NCBI GenBank assembly: GCA_963713045.1
Contig: CAVQKE010000003.1
Coordinates: 1,088,001 to 1,152,000 of the forward strand
Length of the DNA: 64,000 nucleotides
Reading direction: 5' to 3'
Origin: an uncultured delta proteobacterium
Lineage (GTDB): Bacteria > Myxococcota > Myxococcia > Myxococcales > Myxococcaceae
The translations under genes were made by a program, and so were the position numbers. Below, piece after piece: positions 18,041-28,216 of the stretch. The notes under the pieces are model-generated. The model was not told the origin of the DNA, did no database searches, and saw only the letters and a list, made by a program, of their open reading frames with translations. How positions within the stretch are numbered: position 1 is the first letter of the stretch; the number at the start of each line of letters is the position of its first letter.

Positions 18041-18263
18041 ACGAAAGGAAGACGGCCCTGCCCCCCCCCAACGGGCCCAAGGCTGCTGAGGGGCCCCACA
18101 CCCATAACGCCAGAGGCACTCTCGCATGAGACTGCCCGCCGGTGGACCCTCCCCGCTGCAGGGACTTTTCGTCGGCAGCACGGTGCGCCCCGCGTTCGCT
18201 CACCCAGGGAGGCGCCTCGCGGCCGACGGATGACCGTGTTAGTCTTCTTTCCGCATTCCCCAA

Positions 18264-19385
18264 ATGCTCATCGCCCTCCTCCACAACGCCGACCACGACG
18301 CATTGGAGGACGACCCAGGACGCGAAGCCCGGAAGGACGTGCTTCATGTGGCTGCGGCGCTGGCCCAAGCGCTGACGCGGGGCGAGCAGGTGGCGGTCCC
18401 GGTGGTGGTGGGCAAGGCGCCGCTCGCGGCTTTCCAGTCCCTGGGGGACCACCCGCCGGATGTGGTGGTCAACCTGTGCGAGTCCGTCTCCGGAGACAGC
18501 CGCGGGGAAATGGCGGCCAGCGCGCTCTTGGAATTGTTGGGCATCCCCTTCACCGGCTCCGGCCCGCTGGCCCTTGGCCTGGCCCTGCACAAGGACAAGG
18601 CCAAGGAGTTGCTCGTCGCCCGGGGCGTGCCGACCCCGGCCTTCACGGTGGTTTCCTCACTGACCGAGCTGCCCCGGGTGCAGTTGCCCTTCCCCCTCAT
18701 CGTCAAGCCGGTGCGTGAGGACGCCTCGGCCGGCGTCAGCTTCGACTCGGTGGTGCAGGACGCCGCTTCGCTGCGGGAGGCGGTGGAGTTGGTGCTGCGC
18801 ACCTTCCAACAGCCGGCCCTGGTGGAACGCTTCATCGCCGGACGCGAGGTCTACGTCTCCCTTTTGGGGAACACCCCCCGGGTGGTACTTCCGCTGAGCG
18901 AAATTCACTTTGGGAAGGCCTTCGAGGGGCGCCCCCGCATTGTCAGCTACCGAGCGAAGTGGGAGACGGCCAGCGCCGAATGCCGAGACAGCCCCTCCGG
19001 GCCGTGCACCCTGCCCCCGGCCTTGGAGGCCAAGGTGGTCGGCGCCGCCCTGGCCGCCTTCGAGGCGCTCGGCTGCCGCGACTATGGGCGGGTGGACTTG
19101 CGGCTCTCGGCGGACGGGGAGCCCTACGTCATTGACATCAACCCGAACTGCGATTTGCATCCGAAGGCGGGCTACGCGCGCGCCGCCGCCGCCGCCGGGA
19201 TGGACTACGCCGCCCTCGGCTCCCGTCTGGTGGACGTCGCGCTCGAAAGGACTCATGGACATCCGCCCCATCGCGCCAGCCGACCGGGCAGCTCTCGTCG
19301 CGCTGCTGGACCGAATCGAGAACTTCTCACCCGACGAGGTGCGGTGCGCGCTCGCGGTCATCGACCAGGCGTTGCAGCCGAATAA
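18264..19385 (+). CDS. ATP-grasp ligase, D-Ala-D-Ala ligase-like (non-canonical)
   Basis: NLCES, PFTGSG, HKDKAK, IVKPVREDASAG, VERFIAGRE, YRAKW, GRVDLR and IDINPN. Confidence 0.88.
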   Translation: MLIALLHNADHDALEDDPGREARKDVLHVAAALAQALTRGEQVAVPVVVGKAPLAAFQSLGDHPPDVVVNLCESVSGDSRGEMAASALLELLGIPFTGSGPLALGLALHKDKAKELLVARGVPTPAFTVVSSLTELPRVQLPFPLIVKPVREDASAGVSFDSVVQDAASLREAVELVLRTFQQPALVERFIAGREVYVSLLGNTPRVVLPLSEIHFGKAFEGRPRIVSYRAKWETASAECRDSPSGPCTLPPALEAKVVGAALAAFEALGCRDYGRVDLRLSADGEPYVIDINPNCDLHPKAGYARAAAAAGMDYAALGSRLVDVALERTHGHPPHRASRPGSSRRAAGPNRELLTRRGAVRARGHRPGVAAE

Positions 19386-19722
19386 CGGCGACTACTCCGT
19401 CTTGGTGGCGCAGCGGGACGGGCAGCTGGTGGGCTATGTGGCCTACGGCCCCTCGCCGATGACCGAGGGCACCTACGACTTGCATTGGATTGCCTCGGAG
19501 CCGGCCTACCGCGGTAAGGGCGTCGGCGCCGGCCTCATCGCCTCCATGGAAGCGGACCTTCGGCGGCGCACGGCGCGCCTGGTGCGGGTGGAGACGTCGG
19601 CCACCGAGGACTACGGCCCGGCGCGTGGCTTCTACCAGTCGATGCGCTACCGCGAGGAGGCGCGCTTCCGGGACTTCTACCGTCCGGGCGATGACCTCAT
19701 CCTCTTGAAGAAGAAGCTTTAG
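19255..19722 (+). CDS. GNAT N-acetyltransferase
   Basis: ATG 19255 after AAAGGA. Motifs YDLHWIA, RGKGVG, VETS, ARGFY and DFYRPGDD. Confidence 0.88.
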   Translation: MDIRPIAPADRAALVALLDRIENFSPDEVRCALAVIDQALQPNNGDYSVLVAQRDGQLVGYVAYGPSPMTEGTYDLHWIASEPAYRGKGVGAGLIASMEADLRRRTARLVRVETSATEDYGPARGFYQSMRYREEARFRDFYRPGDDLILLKKKL

Positions 19723-19723
19723 C

Positions 19724-21196
19724 GTGACCCGCCCGATGAGGGTTTTGCGCGGGGGCTGGCTGGTCAGCTGCGGGCTGCTCATCCTGTCGGCCGGGCAGCT
19801 CGCCGCCGCCGCTCCGCTGAGCGACGCGCTGCGCGTGCGCCGTCCCGCCGGCGGGGAATGGTTCGGCGTCTACTTGGTGGACAAGAAAGTGGGCTGGTAC
19901 TTCACCGACCTCTCCCTCGTCCCGGGAAAGCCGAGCCAGGCGCGCTTCGTCCTCGAACTGGTCTTCAAAGCCAAGGCCGGGCAAGCGGTGGTCGACCGAC
20001 ACCACCGTGAGGAGCGCGTTTACGAATCCCGTCCCGGCGGGCGCCTGCTGTCCTTCGTTTTCGAGGACAAGGGCGACGGCGGGACGCAGACGCTGGTTGG
20101 GAAGGCCAGCCCGAAGGGCGTGGAGGTGCTTCGCCGCCGTCCGGGGCACGCCGATGAGCACCTCAGCCTGCCAGCCATTGCAGAGACGGTGGAGGACGCA
20201 GACTCGGTGCGGGTGGCGCTGCTGCGCGACGCCCCGGTCTCGGGAATGGTGCTGGATGGAATGGACCTGGTCGCCGCCAAAGTCACCACCACCCCGGGGG
20301 GCACCGAGCGGCGCACCCTCAACGGCGTCCCCGTCACCCTGCGCCAGGCCACCACCATCTCCGAGAAGGACAAGGTGCCCGGCGTTTCGCTGGTGACGGG
20401 GAAGGGAGAAATTCTGGAGACGGTTTTCGGCGGCAACTCCGCCTTTCGGGCCGAGCCCAAGTCGGTCGCGCAGCGGCTGGACCGGGTGGAGATTTTCGGC
20501 CTGGCCCGCCTGCCGCTGCCAAAGCCCATCCCAGACGCGGCCCTGGGAGTCCCTGGGGACTTGACGCTGGTGCTGGAGGGCCTGGGGCCGGACTTTCGGC
20601 GCTCGCTGGAGCGGCAGCGCTACCAGCCCGTGGGCGACGACCGGACGGAAGTGCACATTCGCGCCGCACCTCCGGAGGTCTCCCAGCTGGGCACCCGGCC
20701 TCTGCAGGCGCCGCAAGGTGAGGAGTACCTCAAGGCGAGCCTGGCGGTGGAGTCCGAGGCTCCAGAAATTGTCGCCAAGGCGCGAGAAATTGCCGGCGCA
20801 GAGACCGACGCCTACGCCGCGGCCAAGCGGGTGGTGGCCTGGGTGGGCGCCCACATGAAGAAGGAGTACGGGGCCAGCGCCGACCGCGCCACCGACGTCC
20901 TCCGTCAAATGCGCGGCGACTGCACCGAGCATGCCCTTTTGTCGGTGGCGCTGCTGCGGGCCCTGGGCATCCCAGCACGGCGGGTGGACGGCGTGGTGTA
21001 CGTCAACAACGGCGACGGCGTCCCGGCGCTGTACTGGCATGAGTGGGTGGAGGCCTACGTCGGCTCAGTCTGGACGCAGCTCGACCCCACCCTCGGCCAG
21101 CCGGTGGCCGATGCCACCCACCTTGCCTTGGGGGAGGAAAGCCAAGCGGACATCATGACGCTGCTTGGAAAGCTGAAGGTGGTGGACGTCCACTGA
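19724..21196 (+). CDS. exported transglutaminase-like domain protein
   Basis: Signal peptide and an intact Cys-His-Asp triad: [24 protein letters not shown]. Confidence 0.88.
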   Translation: MTRPMRVLRGGWLVSCGLLILSAGQLAAAAPLSDALRVRRPAGGEWFGVYLVDKKVGWYFTDLSLVPGKPSQARFVLELVFKAKAGQAVVDRHHREERVYESRPGGRLLSFVFEDKGDGGTQTLVGKASPKGVEVLRRRPGHADEHLSLPAIAETVEDADSVRVALLRDAPVSGMVLDGMDLVAAKVTTTPGGTERRTLNGVPVTLRQATTISEKDKVPGVSLVTGKGEILETVFGGNSAFRAEPKSVAQRLDRVEIFGLARLPLPKPIPDAALGVPGDLTLVLEGLGPDFRRSLERQRYQPVGDDRTEVHIRAAPPEVSQLGTRPLQAPQGEEYLKASLAVESEAPEIVAKAREIAGAETDAYAAAKRVVAWVGAHMKKEYGASADRATDVLRQMRGDCTEHALLSVALLRALGIPARRVDGVVYVNNGDGVPALYWHEWVEAYVGSVWTQLDPTLGQPVADATHLALGEESQADIMTLLGKLKVVDVH

Positions 21197-21230
21197 GGGG
21201 CGAATTTGGGCCCAGCGACGTTGCGGGCCT

Positions 21231-21482
21231 TCAGCGTCGGCGGTTCACCAGGTAGAGCAGCGCCAGCGAGCCGAGGATGGAGAAAATCCACCCCGCTGGC
21301 CGAATGGTGGCGGCGAAGAGGCCGCCGGCCAGGACGGAGCCGACCAGTCCACCCAGCAGCGAGCCCCCCATTCCCAGAAGGGCGGTGGCCCCCAGCCCCA
21401 TCGGCTGCTTGGCGGGGAAAAGGGCGCGGGCGATGGCGCCACACACCAAACCAACGACCGCGAACCAAAGAAGTGAAATCAT
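21231..21482 (-). CDS. GlsB/YeaQ/YmgE (transglycosylase-associated) small membrane protein
   Basis: GLVCGAIARALFP...LGMGGSLLGG...SILGSLALL. Confidence 0.88.
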   Translation of the reverse strand: MISLLWFAVVGLVCGAIARALFPAKQPMGLGATALLGMGGSLLGGLVGSVLAGGLFAATIRPAGWIFSILGSLALLYLVNRRR

Positions 21483-21552
21483 CGGGACACGCCTCCAACG
21501 ACGCCGGGGCACGGCACTTGCCGCAGACTCTGCACCCGGCCGCCAGCGGCTG

Positions 21553-23610
21553 TCACCCCTTTTGGCCGACGGCCCCGAGCGCGGCCACCAGGGCTGCCGC
21601 CTCCGTCACCGGCGGCGCGCAGGAGAAGTTCCGGCAGAGATAGGCGGTGGGCTGCCCCCCCAGCCGCTCGCGACCCTCGGCCAGAGGGCCCAGCACCGCT
21701 GGGACTCGGCCAGGTTCCACCTGCGCCAGCGCCACCGTCGGGGCCCAGCTGCCATCCACCGCGCGTCGGAGTGCCTCCACCTCGTCCCTCGCCCCCACCA
21801 ACAGGACTTCCGCCGCTCCGTCCAGTGCGGCGTCTGCGGCCAGCCACAAATGCCCGTAGCCGAAGGGGTTGGCCGTCATCGCCTGGTGCAGGCGGCGCAG
21901 GTAGCGCCAGGCCTGCTCCAGGTGCCGGCCGTCGCCGGTGAGGGCTGACAGCGCCACTTGGGCTTCGGTGAGGGTGCTGGCGCCTGAGGGAAAGGCATTG
22001 TCGTGAAGGGCGTAGGTGGGGACCAGCAGCTGTGCATGCGCCGACGTCCGGTAGGCCGCCTGGGGCTGGTCCCAAAAGCGACTCACCGCTGCGTCGGCCA
22101 CTTCCCGGGCCAAACCAATCCAGCGCGACTCCAGGGTGGCCTGGCTGAGCGCCACCAGCCCGGCGGCGAAGTCCCCATAGTCCTCGAGGAAGTCCTCCTC
22201 CATCGGCTTACTGGCGAGCCGCTCCAGCCGGCCTGCGCGCCACTGCTCGCGCAGCACGGCGTCGGCCGCGCGCTGGGCAAGCTGCGCCCAGTCCGGACGG
22301 ACGAAGGCCCGGGCCGCGGCAGCGAGGCCTGAAATGGCGAGCCCATTCCAGCCGGCGAGCACCTTCTCGTCGCGCCCCGGGCGCACCCGGCCCTCGCGTG
22401 CGGCGAACAGGCGCCCTCTCGCCTCGGCCAGCTGGTGCTCCACCTCCTGCAACGGCTGGCCCAGCCGCTCGGCCAGTTGGGCCGCCGGCACCCTCACTTC
22501 CAGGACGTTGCGGCCGTGCTCGAAATTCCCGTCCAACGTCACGCCGAAGTGCAGGGCGGCGACGTCGGCCAGCGGTTGGCCAAGCAGCTTTCGGAAGTCC
22601 TGCAGCGTCCAGGTGAAGAAGCGCCCCTCCTCGCCCTCGCTGTCGGCGTCCTGGGTGGCGTAGAAGGCCCCCGACGGCGCGCACATCTCCCGCTCCAGCC
22701 AGCCCACCACCCCTTCGGCCACATGTTGCCAAAGGGGCCGCGCTTCAATCAGCTGTGCCTCGGCGTACAGCCGCAGCAGCTGGGCATTGTCGTACAGCAT
22801 TTTTTCGAAGTGGGGCACTCGCCAGGCGGCGTCCACGCTGTAGCGGTGAAAGCCGCCGCCCAGCTGGTCGTACACGCCTCCCAGCGCCATCCGCTCGAGC
22901 GCGAACAGGGCCGCTTGCTGCAGCGCTGGCCCCGCGCCCCGGCGCGCGGCGCGCAGCAGCAGGGCCACATTCATCGGGTTGGGAAACTTGGGGGCCGAGC
23001 CAAAGCCCCCATGCACGGCGTCCAAGTCCTCCGCCAGAGTGAGGCCCGCCGCGCGGACGTCCTTCACCGAGAGGTCCGCCGGCGCCGCGTCCAGGCCCCA
23101 GGTGGCGAGGTGACGCAGTCCAGTGGTGAATTGCTCGGCCTGGACGCGTACCTCCTCCGGGCGCGTCCGGTAGACGTCGGCCAGCGTCCGTAACAGCTTG
23201 GGGAAGGCCGGGAGCCCGTGGCCGTCCACCGGGGGGAAGTAGGTGCCGCCGTAGAAGGGCTCCAGCGCCGGGGTGAGGAAGACAGTCAGTGGCGAACCAC
23301 CGCCGCGGCCCATCAGCTGCACCACGCCCTGGTACAGCTGGTCCAAGTCCGGGCGCTCCTCGCGGTCCACCTTCACGTTGACGAAGCTGTCGTTCATCAG
23401 CCGGGCCGTCGCCTCGTCCTCGAAGGACTCGTGCGCCATGACGTGGCACCAGTGGCAGGCCGAATAGCCGACGCTGACCAACAGGGGACGGTTTTCCCGC
23501 CGGGCCCGGGCCAGCGCCTCCTCCCCCCACGGGTACCAGTCCACCGGGTTGTGGGCGTGCTGGCGCAGGTAGGGGGACGTCTCTTGGCTGAGTCGGTTGG
23601 GAGTTTCCAC
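21553..23610 (-). CDS. thioredoxin domain-containing protein YyaL/SSP411 family
   Basis: [49 protein letters not shown] and DADSEG. Confidence 0.95.
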   Translation of the reverse strand: METPNRLSQETSPYLRQHAHNPVDWYPWGEEALARARRENRPLLVSVGYSACHWCHVMAHESFEDEATARLMNDSFVNVKVDREERPDLDQLYQGVVQLMGRGGGSPLTVFLTPALEPFYGGTYFPPVDGHGLPAFPKLLRTLADVYRTRPEEVRVQAEQFTTGLRHLATWGLDAAPADLSVKDVRAAGLTLAEDLDAVHGGFGSAPKFPNPMNVALLLRAARRGAGPALQQAALFALERMALGGVYDQLGGGFHRYSVDAAWRVPHFEKMLYDNAQLLRLYAEAQLIEARPLWQHVAEGVVGWLEREMCAPSGAFYATQDADSEGEEGRFFTWTLQDFRKLLGQPLADVAALHFGVTLDGNFEHGRNVLEVRVPAAQLAERLGQPLQEVEHQLAEARGRLFAAREGRVRPGRDEKVLAGWNGLAISGLAAAARAFVRPDWAQLAQRAADAVLREQWRAGRLERLASKPMEEDFLEDYGDFAAGLVALSQATLESRWIGLAREVADAAVSRFWDQPQAAYRTSAHAQLLVPTYALHDNAFPSGASTLTEAQVALSALTGDGRHLEQAWRYLRRLHQAMTANPFGYGHLWLAADAALDGAAEVLLVGARDEVEALRRAVDGSWAPTVALAQVEPGRVPAVLGPLAEGRERLGGQPTAYLCRNFSCAPPVTEAAALVAALGAVGQKG

Positions 23611-23762
23611 GGGCAAGGAGAAGAGAGACCCCAAAGGGCCACCTCGTCTTTCCTTCACCTACTGCCCCCCAGCCCGGGCGCACAAGCGGCCCCGGGGGTG
23701 GACGGGGGCCGCACCGGCCGGGCAGGCTGCGCGCCCGGCTACCCTCTGGCCCATCCCCTTTC

Positions 23763-25657
23763 GTGCTGGAGCATTTCCACACGCTGGAGCGGCTGCTTCA
23801 GCTCGAGCAGGCTGCCGCGCGGGCAAGGGAGTTGGAGGAGCGCGCCTGCCTCAGCCAACAGGAACGCGAGGCGCGCGGGCTGTCCGCTTCGGGCCTTCTT
23901 CGGGTGGAGGAGTCGGTGGGCCTTGGAGGGCGCTTTGTGGTGGCGCTGGAGCGGCCCGGTGGCGCGCTGCTTCCGGCTCGGCTGTCGCCGGGAGAGGTGG
24001 TGGAGGCCCGGCCGCGGGCCAACCAATCCACCCGACCCGAGCGCGCGGTGGTGGTGCGCAGCACCCGCACCCGGGTGGAAGTGGCCTTCGACGGGCCGCC
24101 GCCAGCTTTCCTCCGGACGGGGCGGGTGGTGCTGGACGTCGTCCCGGATGACGTCACCTTCGGGCGGGCGGCTGCAGCGCTGGCCGAGGTGGCCAAGATG
24201 GAGACGGGCCGCGGCCGGCGGCTGCGTGACTTGCTGCTCGGCCTGCGCCCACCGGAATTCGAGGGGCCCCAGGCTTTCGCCGGCACAGCCCTCAATGCCG
24301 AGCAGGCCGAGGCAACTGCGGTGGCCTTGACCGCGCGCGACGTCTTCTGTGTCCAGGGGCCGCCGGGGACCGGGAAAAGCACCATTCTGGCCGAAGTGGC
24401 AGCCGCGTCGGTGCGCGCCGGAGTGAGCCCGCTGTTGTGCACCGCCGCCAGCAACGCCGCGGTGGACCACCTTTGTCCCTGTGCCTTCAAGCAGGGCTAC
24501 GGGCGGTGCGCATCGGCCATCCCGCCCGGGTGGGCAGCGGACTTCAGCACGCGGTGCTGGACGTCCTGGTGGAGGCGCATCCGGACCGGCAGCTCGCCAA
24601 AGGCCTTTTTGAGGAGGCCTATGGGCTGTTGGGGCACGCCGCCAAGCAACGGCTGCGCGGCCGAAGCCGGGAGCGCTTCGCCAACGCGCGCGCCGCCCAG
24701 GCCGAGGCCAAGGGGTTGCTCGCCGAGGCGCGCGCACTTGAGCGCAAAGCGGTGGACGCGGTGCTGGGCGGAGCCCAGGTGCTGTGCGCCACCCTCAGCG
24801 CACTCGGCACCTCGCCGCTTTCCCGGATGCGCTTCCCCTTGGCACTGGTGGACGAGGCCACCCAGGCCATCGAGCCGCTGACCCTTTTGGCTTTCCTCCG
24901 GGCCGACCGCGTCCTTCTGGCCGGGGACCACCGCCAGCTTCCCCCCACCGTCCTCAGCGAGCAGGCGGCGCGGGGTGGGCTTTCTCGAAGCCTCTTCGAG
25001 AGGCTGGTGGACACCCACGGCGCTGCCGTCCACCGCATGCTGACCGAGGAGTACCGGATGAATGAGGCGTTGCTGACACTCATCTCCGGCCCCTTCTACC
25101 GAGGGAAGCTGCGCGCCCACCCGAGCGTGGCCAAAAGGACGTTGGACGAAGTCCTCCGCCCCGGCGCGGAGGTGGACGCCCCGCCCTTCCTCTTCCTCGA
25201 CACAGCCGGCAAAGGCTTCGAGGAGGCCCAAGAGGCGCGCTCAGAAAGCTATGACAACCCAGGGGAGGCGGCCCTGGTGGCCGCCCGTGCCCAGTCGCTG
25301 TTGGAAGCCGGCTTGGCACCCGAGGGGCTGGCCGTCATTACCCCCTACCGAGGCCAAGCCAGCCTGCTTCAGGCCGCCCTTTCCGGACGCGGCGTCGAAG
25401 TGGACACGGTGGACGCCTTCCAAGGCCGAGAGGCCGATGCGGTGCTGGTGAGCTGCGTGCGCAGCAACGCCGAGGGGCGCTTGGGCTTTCTTCAGGACTT
25501 GCGGCGGATGAATGTCGCCCTGTCACGCGCGCGTCGTCACCTCTTTCTGGTGGGTGACTCCGCGACGTTAAGCCGCCACCCCTTCTACGCCGGGCTGGTG
25601 GAGCAGGCGCAGGCATCCGGTGGTTACCGCAGCGCCTGGGAATGGCCGGAACCCTGA
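23763..25657 (+). pseudogene. SF1 helicase, IGHMBP2/DNA2-NAM7 family, interrupted by a frameshift at about 24472
   Basis: Walker A GPPGTGKS and ASNAAVD lie in ORF 23763..24881. RIGHPAR, DEATQ, GDHRQLPP, YRM, ITPY.GQ, TVDAFQGRE and RRMNVALSRA lie in ORF 24437..25657 (another frame). Confidence 0.85.
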
Positions 25658-25674
25658 GGAAAAGACCGGCCACA

Positions 25675-25689
25675 ATGCAATTTTTGCAT
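25675..25689. promoter_or_regulatory. perfect palindrome ATGCAA-TTT-TTGCAT, putative enhancer-binding protein site
   Basis: AT-rich inverted repeat about 80 nt upstream of a -24/-12 motif. Confidence 0.5.
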
Positions 25690-25766
25690 AGCAAGGCTTT
25701 GCAAGGGGTCCAGGATGCGCCGCGCCATCCCAAGGAAATTGTTCAAAGAAGCCTCCGTCGGTTTCA

Positions 25767-25782
25767 CGGCACGTGGAGTGCT
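25767..25782 (+). promoter_or_regulatory. sigma54 (-24/-12) promoter
   Basis: CGGCACGTGGAGTGCT has GG-N10-GC spacing and is close to the TGGCACG-N4-TTGCT consensus. Confidence 0.6.
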
Positions 25783-25817
25783 TCTTCCAGTCGGAGGTGC
25801 GTGGGAGACGTGTACCT

Positions 25818-25979
25818 ATGGCCAGCACGCCGTTAGTCATCCGACAGGAAGAGGACGTCTGGGTGCTGCGCATTGAGCAGCCCAACGGGAGTGTCCAGGA
25901 GTACCGGTGTCTCTCGGAGCTTCAAGCCAAGCAGCTGGCCGCCATGCTGCTTACGCCGCGCGAGCAGCCGAGCCCGTGA
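25818..25979 (+). CDS. small (53 aa) hypothetical protein
   Basis: MASTPLVIRQEEDVWVLRIEQPNGSVQEYRCLSELQAKQLAAMLL..., with globular-looking composition, GGGAG upstream, and a position just after a sigma54 motif. Confidence 0.7.
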   Translation: MASTPLVIRQEEDVWVLRIEQPNGSVQEYRCLSELQAKQLAAMLLTPREQPSP

Positions 25980-26454
25980 CTTTTTCTTCTGTCCTCACCA
26001 GTTGGGTGCGCCCACGGAGCCGCTCGGGCTGCTTGGCCTCTGGGAAGACGAAGTAGCGCAGAAGAAAGAGTTGCCCGAGGCCAAACACCGCCAAGTCGGC
26101 GATGAGTTTGGCCAGCACCACCGGGACGGCAAACATATCCGCCAGCACGCCCACCAACGGCGCATGGACGGCGATGCCGACGCCGACGGTGGCGGCGAAG
26201 CGCACCAGTTGCGGCCGAAACTCAGGCTCGCAATCCGGGAAGGCGAACTTGCGGTTTCCGAAGAAGGCCACCGTCGAGCCCACGGTAACGCCCACCGCGG
26301 CACCCAAGGGGTTTGGGAAGCCGAGCCAGCGGACGCACAACAACAGGACGGCGACGTCCACCATGGTGGCGACAGCGCCCACGCACAGGCTACGGCTGGC
26401 CCAACCGCAGGCAAGCCGGCCGAGGGGCGAGTTTTTTAGCGTCGGCGTCCACAT
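25951..26454 (-). CDS. GtrA family membrane protein
   Basis: VGAVATMVD, AFFGNRKFAF, LVRF and LAKLIAD; 3-4 TM segments. Confidence 0.85.
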   Translation of the reverse strand: MWTPTLKNSPLGRLACGWASRSLCVGAVATMVDVAVLLLCVRWLGFPNPLGAAVGVTVGSTVAFFGNRKFAFPDCEPEFRPQLVRFAATVGVGIAVHAPLVGVLADMFAVPVVLAKLIADLAVFGLGQLFLLRYFVFPEAKQPERLRGRTQLVRTEEKVTGSAARAA

Positions 26455-26559
26455 GGCGAGCCCGGCCCTTGGGGGGCCTTGCCCCCTGGGGGTCTCCCGG
26501 AACCGCGTCATAGCAGCAGAGGGACCCCATGGCGACGCTGGAATTGTTTTTTGGGGGGC

Positions 26560-27369
26560 CTACCCCACAGCCAGTGTTAGCCCGAGGAGCGCCCGGTAGC
26601 CGAGGGGGGGAGCGGCCGTGAAGCGCTCTGCGCGGAAGACGTCCCTCAGCAGCGTCGGGCCTTCCGGCAGCCGGGCCAGCCCCAACAGCCCGCGCTGCAG
26701 CCGGACGCCGTCGGCAGGCGCCAGCGAAGGGGCGGCCGCAAAGGCGTCCAAGGGCCCCCGGCCGGTGACCAGCAGCGCGCGGACGTCCCGGCCGGTGCCT
26801 GGTGCCACCTCCTCCACGCCCTGCAGCACGTCCTCTCCCGTTGCAGGGGCAAACACCGCTGCCACGTCCGCTTCTCCGGCAAGCAACGCGTCCAGCGCGG
26901 CGCGGAAGCTGCCGTGAAACGTCTGTTGGAAGAAGGTGCGCTCCGGGGGGTGTCCGGCGGCACGGAGCGCCGCCGCGGGAAGCAGGTAGCCGGCCAAGGA
27001 CGCGCGGTCCACCCAGGCCACGCGGGTACCCGGCAGCGCGCTCAGCTGGAGGGGCCCGTCGGCACGGGTGACGAGGACGGCTCGGCTTTCCAGGGCGCCG
27101 TGCCGCACCGCGCGCGCCAGCACCCGCGCCCCCAACGCCTCCAGCCGGGCGCAGGCCAACGGTGGCGCCCAGACGGCATCCAACTGCCCACTGCGTGCCG
27201 CCTCCACCAGGCGTTCGTCATCGCTGGCCGCAACCAATTCCACCGCTCGGCCCAGCACGCCGGACAACACCCTCCGCAACCGGGCCAGGCCGCCGGGCGG
27301 CGTGGCCACCGGCAAGGAAGGCGGCAACCCAAGCCGGACATCCGTGTTGTGCGACCCCACCACGGCCAC
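26560..27369 (-). CDS. PhnD/SsuA/transferrin-family substrate-binding-like protein
   Basis: DAVWAPP, AWVDRASLAGYLLP, FHGSF..ALDALLAGEADVAA. No obvious signal peptide; start uncertain. Confidence 0.8.
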   Translation of the reverse strand: MAVVGSHNTDVRLGLPPSLPVATPPGGLARLRRVLSGVLGRAVELVAASDDERLVEAARSGQLDAVWAPPLACARLEALGARVLARAVRHGALESRAVLVTRADGPLQLSALPGTRVAWVDRASLAGYLLPAAALRAAGHPPERTFFQQTFHGSFRAALDALLAGEADVAAVFAPATGEDVLQGVEEVAPGTGRDVRALLVTGRGPLDAFAAAPSLAPADGVRLQRGLLGLARLPEGPTLLRDVFRAERFTAAPPLGYRALLGLTLAVG

Positions 27370-27388
27370 TCCCCCCTTTGCCTGCGGC

Positions 27389-28216
27389 TTAGGCGCTGTC
27401 CAGACGAAGCGTCTCCACCTCATCATCCGCCAGGCCGAAGGTGGCCTGCAGCAAATTCAACACCCGCGCCACCGCCGCCGACGGCTTGCCCTTGGAATGG
27501 GCCACCTTCAATGCCAGCCGAAAGGCGCGGCGGCGTTGGGCATGGGTGGCAATGCCCTGGGCCAGCGCGCGCAGACGCGGTGACAGCCCATGGCTGGCCA
27601 GGGTCCTCACCGCCTCGGTGACGAAGGCCTGCGCTCGGTCGGCGCTGACGTCGTGAAAAAGGGGGTCACTGGCGAAGCTTTCCACCATCGCCCGAGCCTC
27701 GTCCTCGGTCAGCCGCCCGTCGGCCGCCGTCACCAGCACCATCACCTCGGCATAAAGGCGCTCCAGTGGGTCCCCCAGCGCCTCCTCCAGGGAGCCGCCG
27801 GCCTCGAGGACGTCAATCATGTGGGCCACTTCGTCCTCGGCAATGCCCAAGGCGGCTTGAAACGTCTTGAGTAACCCCAGCTCAGCACGTGTCGCCCGGT
27901 GGTCCGCCAGGGCCACCGCCGCCGCCAGACCGAAGGCCAGCATCCGGTGCTGGTGGGTGGGTAGCCGCTCGCGGAGCGAGCCGAGAATGGCTTCCAAGTC
28001 CTCCGCCGAGGCCAGCGTCTTCGCGCTCCTCTGCACCAACTCCGTCAGCTCCTCGGCCTTGGTCCCGTCAAACTCTGGCCGTTCAAGGACGCGCTCCACC
28101 AGGGCCTGCATGCCGACCTCCGAGGGCGGCCCGTCGGCCATGGAGGCGAGCAGCATCACCTCCACCAGGGCGGCGTTGCGTTCTTTGCGCGTTACTGCGG
28201 ACTGTTCGGGAGCCAT
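27389..28216 (-). CDS. TerB-family protein with two TerB-like repeats
   Basis: EVMLLASMADG / EVMVLVTAADG repeats and AVALAD...ELGLLK.FQAALGI. Confidence 0.8.
   Translation of the reverse strand: MAPEQSAVTRKERNAALVEVMLLASMADGPPSEVGMQALVERVLERPEFDGTKAEELTELVQRSAKTLASAEDLEAILGSLRERLPTHQHRMLAFGLAAAVALADHRATRAELGLLKTFQAALGIAEDEVAHMIDVLEAGGSLEEALGDPLERLYAEVMVLVTAADGRLTEDEARAMVESFASDPLFHDVSADRAQAFVTEAVRTLASHGLSPRLRALAQGIATHAQRRRAFRLALKVAHSKGKPSAAVARVLNLLQATFGLADDEVETLRLDSA

Noticed and set aside
18264..19385. Housekeeping ddl or VanA-type resistance ligase
   Set aside because: It lacks the N-terminal GG.S.E motif, and there are no mur/fts or vanH/vanX neighbours.
27389..28216. Tellurite resistance (ter) operon
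   Set aside because: Only a TerB-like gene is present, with no terA/C/D/Z.
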